21,520 bases of DNA. Origin: Paraspadella gotoi (taxonomy: Eukaryota > Animalia > Chaetognatha). Below are positions 20,094 to 21,520 of the stretch, one piece after another. A program made the position numbers and the translations under genes. The notes under the pieces were generated by a model. The model was not told the DNA's origin. It was given only the letters and a program-made list of their open reading frames with translations, and searched no databases. Numbering within the stretch: the stretch's first letter is position 1; each line of letters begins with the position of its first letter. The stretch is taken from contig JBJCIZ010000077.1 of NCBI GenBank assembly GCA_051294375.1, positions 9,738 through 31,257 of the forward strand, written 5' to 3'.

Positions 20094-21520
20094 ATGCTAA
20101 GAAGAAATGGAGAATATGGCATTCAAAAGGTTGGCCAAATCAACAATGAATGCAGAAAGGTTACCCAAAGGATCCTCAAGCGCGAAGATAGCTTGAATGA
20201 GGAGCGTCAACATGCGCGCATAATCACCGTGCGTCGCACGCCGAGCGATGTACCCACCTTCCCAAAGCAAATGAATGCAAATGACGAGCAAAGAAGTGGA
20301 TTGATTGCTGAGATCACGGCACCGAAGAAACGCATGATCTACTGGAGATAGCTGAGCGTTAATGAATGATATTTGAACGCCATTTAATGAAATTTCACCG
20401 AAATGATGTTTCTGAAGACTTACAGATACGGCGCCCTGAATACGTAGATACAGAGGCCAATCCAGGACAAGAAGAAATGTGTGGTTTGTAACCAACATGT
20501 TCCGTAACTTGAACAAGGGCAAAAGAAAGCTTACTGCTCTAAGGCAGAGAAGAACGAACAAGAAGAACGATACGACCAGGAGATATGAAAAAAGTAAAGC
20601 AGAAAATGGAAAAGGGAGAATGCTCAGATGAACGATATTAAAAGAAGGCAACTGAGAACATCGACGAAGAGCATCGACGCAGAAAAATGCTCAATTCATA
20701 CAATGAAAGTCTTGTAGCATACTCGAAACCAAGCTCGGACTACTCCGACCATCAAAAAAGAATGCCGGACTACTCACTATTCTTCAGAGAATGGATTTTG
20801 AAAAATGAGATGGATGAATTGAGTAAGACAATAAAGGAGTATTAATGAACGTTCTGTCAACAACGGAAGACGGTCAATATAGATAAAAGCTATGGTTGAG
20901 GTATGAAGGATTGTTGCATTAAACACGAAGAAGATCTGAAAGCGGCAGGAGAGAACGAATTCGCCGGGACTAGGAAAATCAGTTCAAAGAACTTACTCAA
21001 CAATTGGATAGAGAAAGGAAACAGGCGAGGTAAGGGTTTAGAGGTAAAACAACGAGTGAATGTCACTCACTGCTGAACTCTGGTTCCTCCAACACCCGAA
21101 CCTACTCCAATCACCGCTCCTGCTCCTGCTTCAACTCCGACTGTTGCAGCACCTTCTCTTGATGACTCAATCATGGGATTATGGATCAAGCAACAAAAGA
21201 AGGACTCTATGCTGAGGACGGTCGAACAAGGAAGACCTAAGAAGCTCTTCTCAGGCGAGAACACATCTACTGGACCGGTTTTTGAAATGCATATGCGAGC
21301 GTATGAAAGAGTGATGAAACAAGCTGAAGCGAATGATCAGGTCAAGCTAAAGGAACTGAACCACTTGTTTACCGGATTAGCTGAAATGAAACTCAACAAG
21401 GTTATTGTAAAAAAGGACAATTATGCTGAACACATTAAAGACGCATTGGATACTCTCTGGAAGGAATATGGAAAGAAGAACGCAAGTATTCACGACATGC
21501 TCAAGGAAGTATTGAGTAAA
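20094..21520 (+). pseudogene. gag: Degraded BEL/Pao-type gag, running off the window end
   Basis: Open frame 21077-21520 (missing from the ORF track because it has no stop): PKKLFSGENTSTGPVFEMHMRAYERVM...DQVKLKELNHLFTGLAEMKL...KDALDTLWKEYG, matching the DUF1759-like 'F.G....F......KL..L...l.G.A......A...L...YG' pattern. Upstream 20094-21076 is purine-rich and coding-like with stops (e.g. TGA 21074-21076) and frameshifts. Confidence 0.72.

Noticed and set aside
20097-20651. 184-aa hydrophobic minus-strand ORF
   Set aside because: Antisense shadow of the purine-rich degraded gag on the plus strand.

Overview
AT-rich eukaryotic (probably invertebrate) DNA that is almost entirely a nested transposable-element graveyard, with three assembly gaps (1260-2218, 3469-3482, 10453-10477). 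No intact, recognisable host gene and no prokaryotic system (no CRISPR, operon, rRNA or tRNA) is supported. Recognisable parts: (1) the 3' half of a Ty3/Gypsy pol (RNase H, then integrase hidden in the gap), with PPT and probable 3' LTR; (2) a minus-strand Ser/Pro-rich, acidic-tailed orphan exon, with a possible decayed Ulp1/SENP-like protease relic upstream; (3) a CpG-rich, frameshift-ridden minus-strand coding-like block (6.8-9.0 kb); (4) a ~0.6 kb GA-tract module present twice in inverted orientation; (5) a degraded Gypsy-type gag; (6) two copies of a Helentron-associated (HINE/DINE-1-like) element, one split by a non-autonomous hAT element with an 8-bp TSD that itself carries a degenerate Penelope-type minimal hammerhead motif; (7) the 3' end of an L1/Tx1-like LINE with a long repetitive 3' UTR and poly(A); (8) a probable 5' LTR and degraded gag of a BEL/Pao element running off the window end. 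All family calls come from motif recognition by eye, not database searches. Some apparent decay may be long-read gap-fill error.
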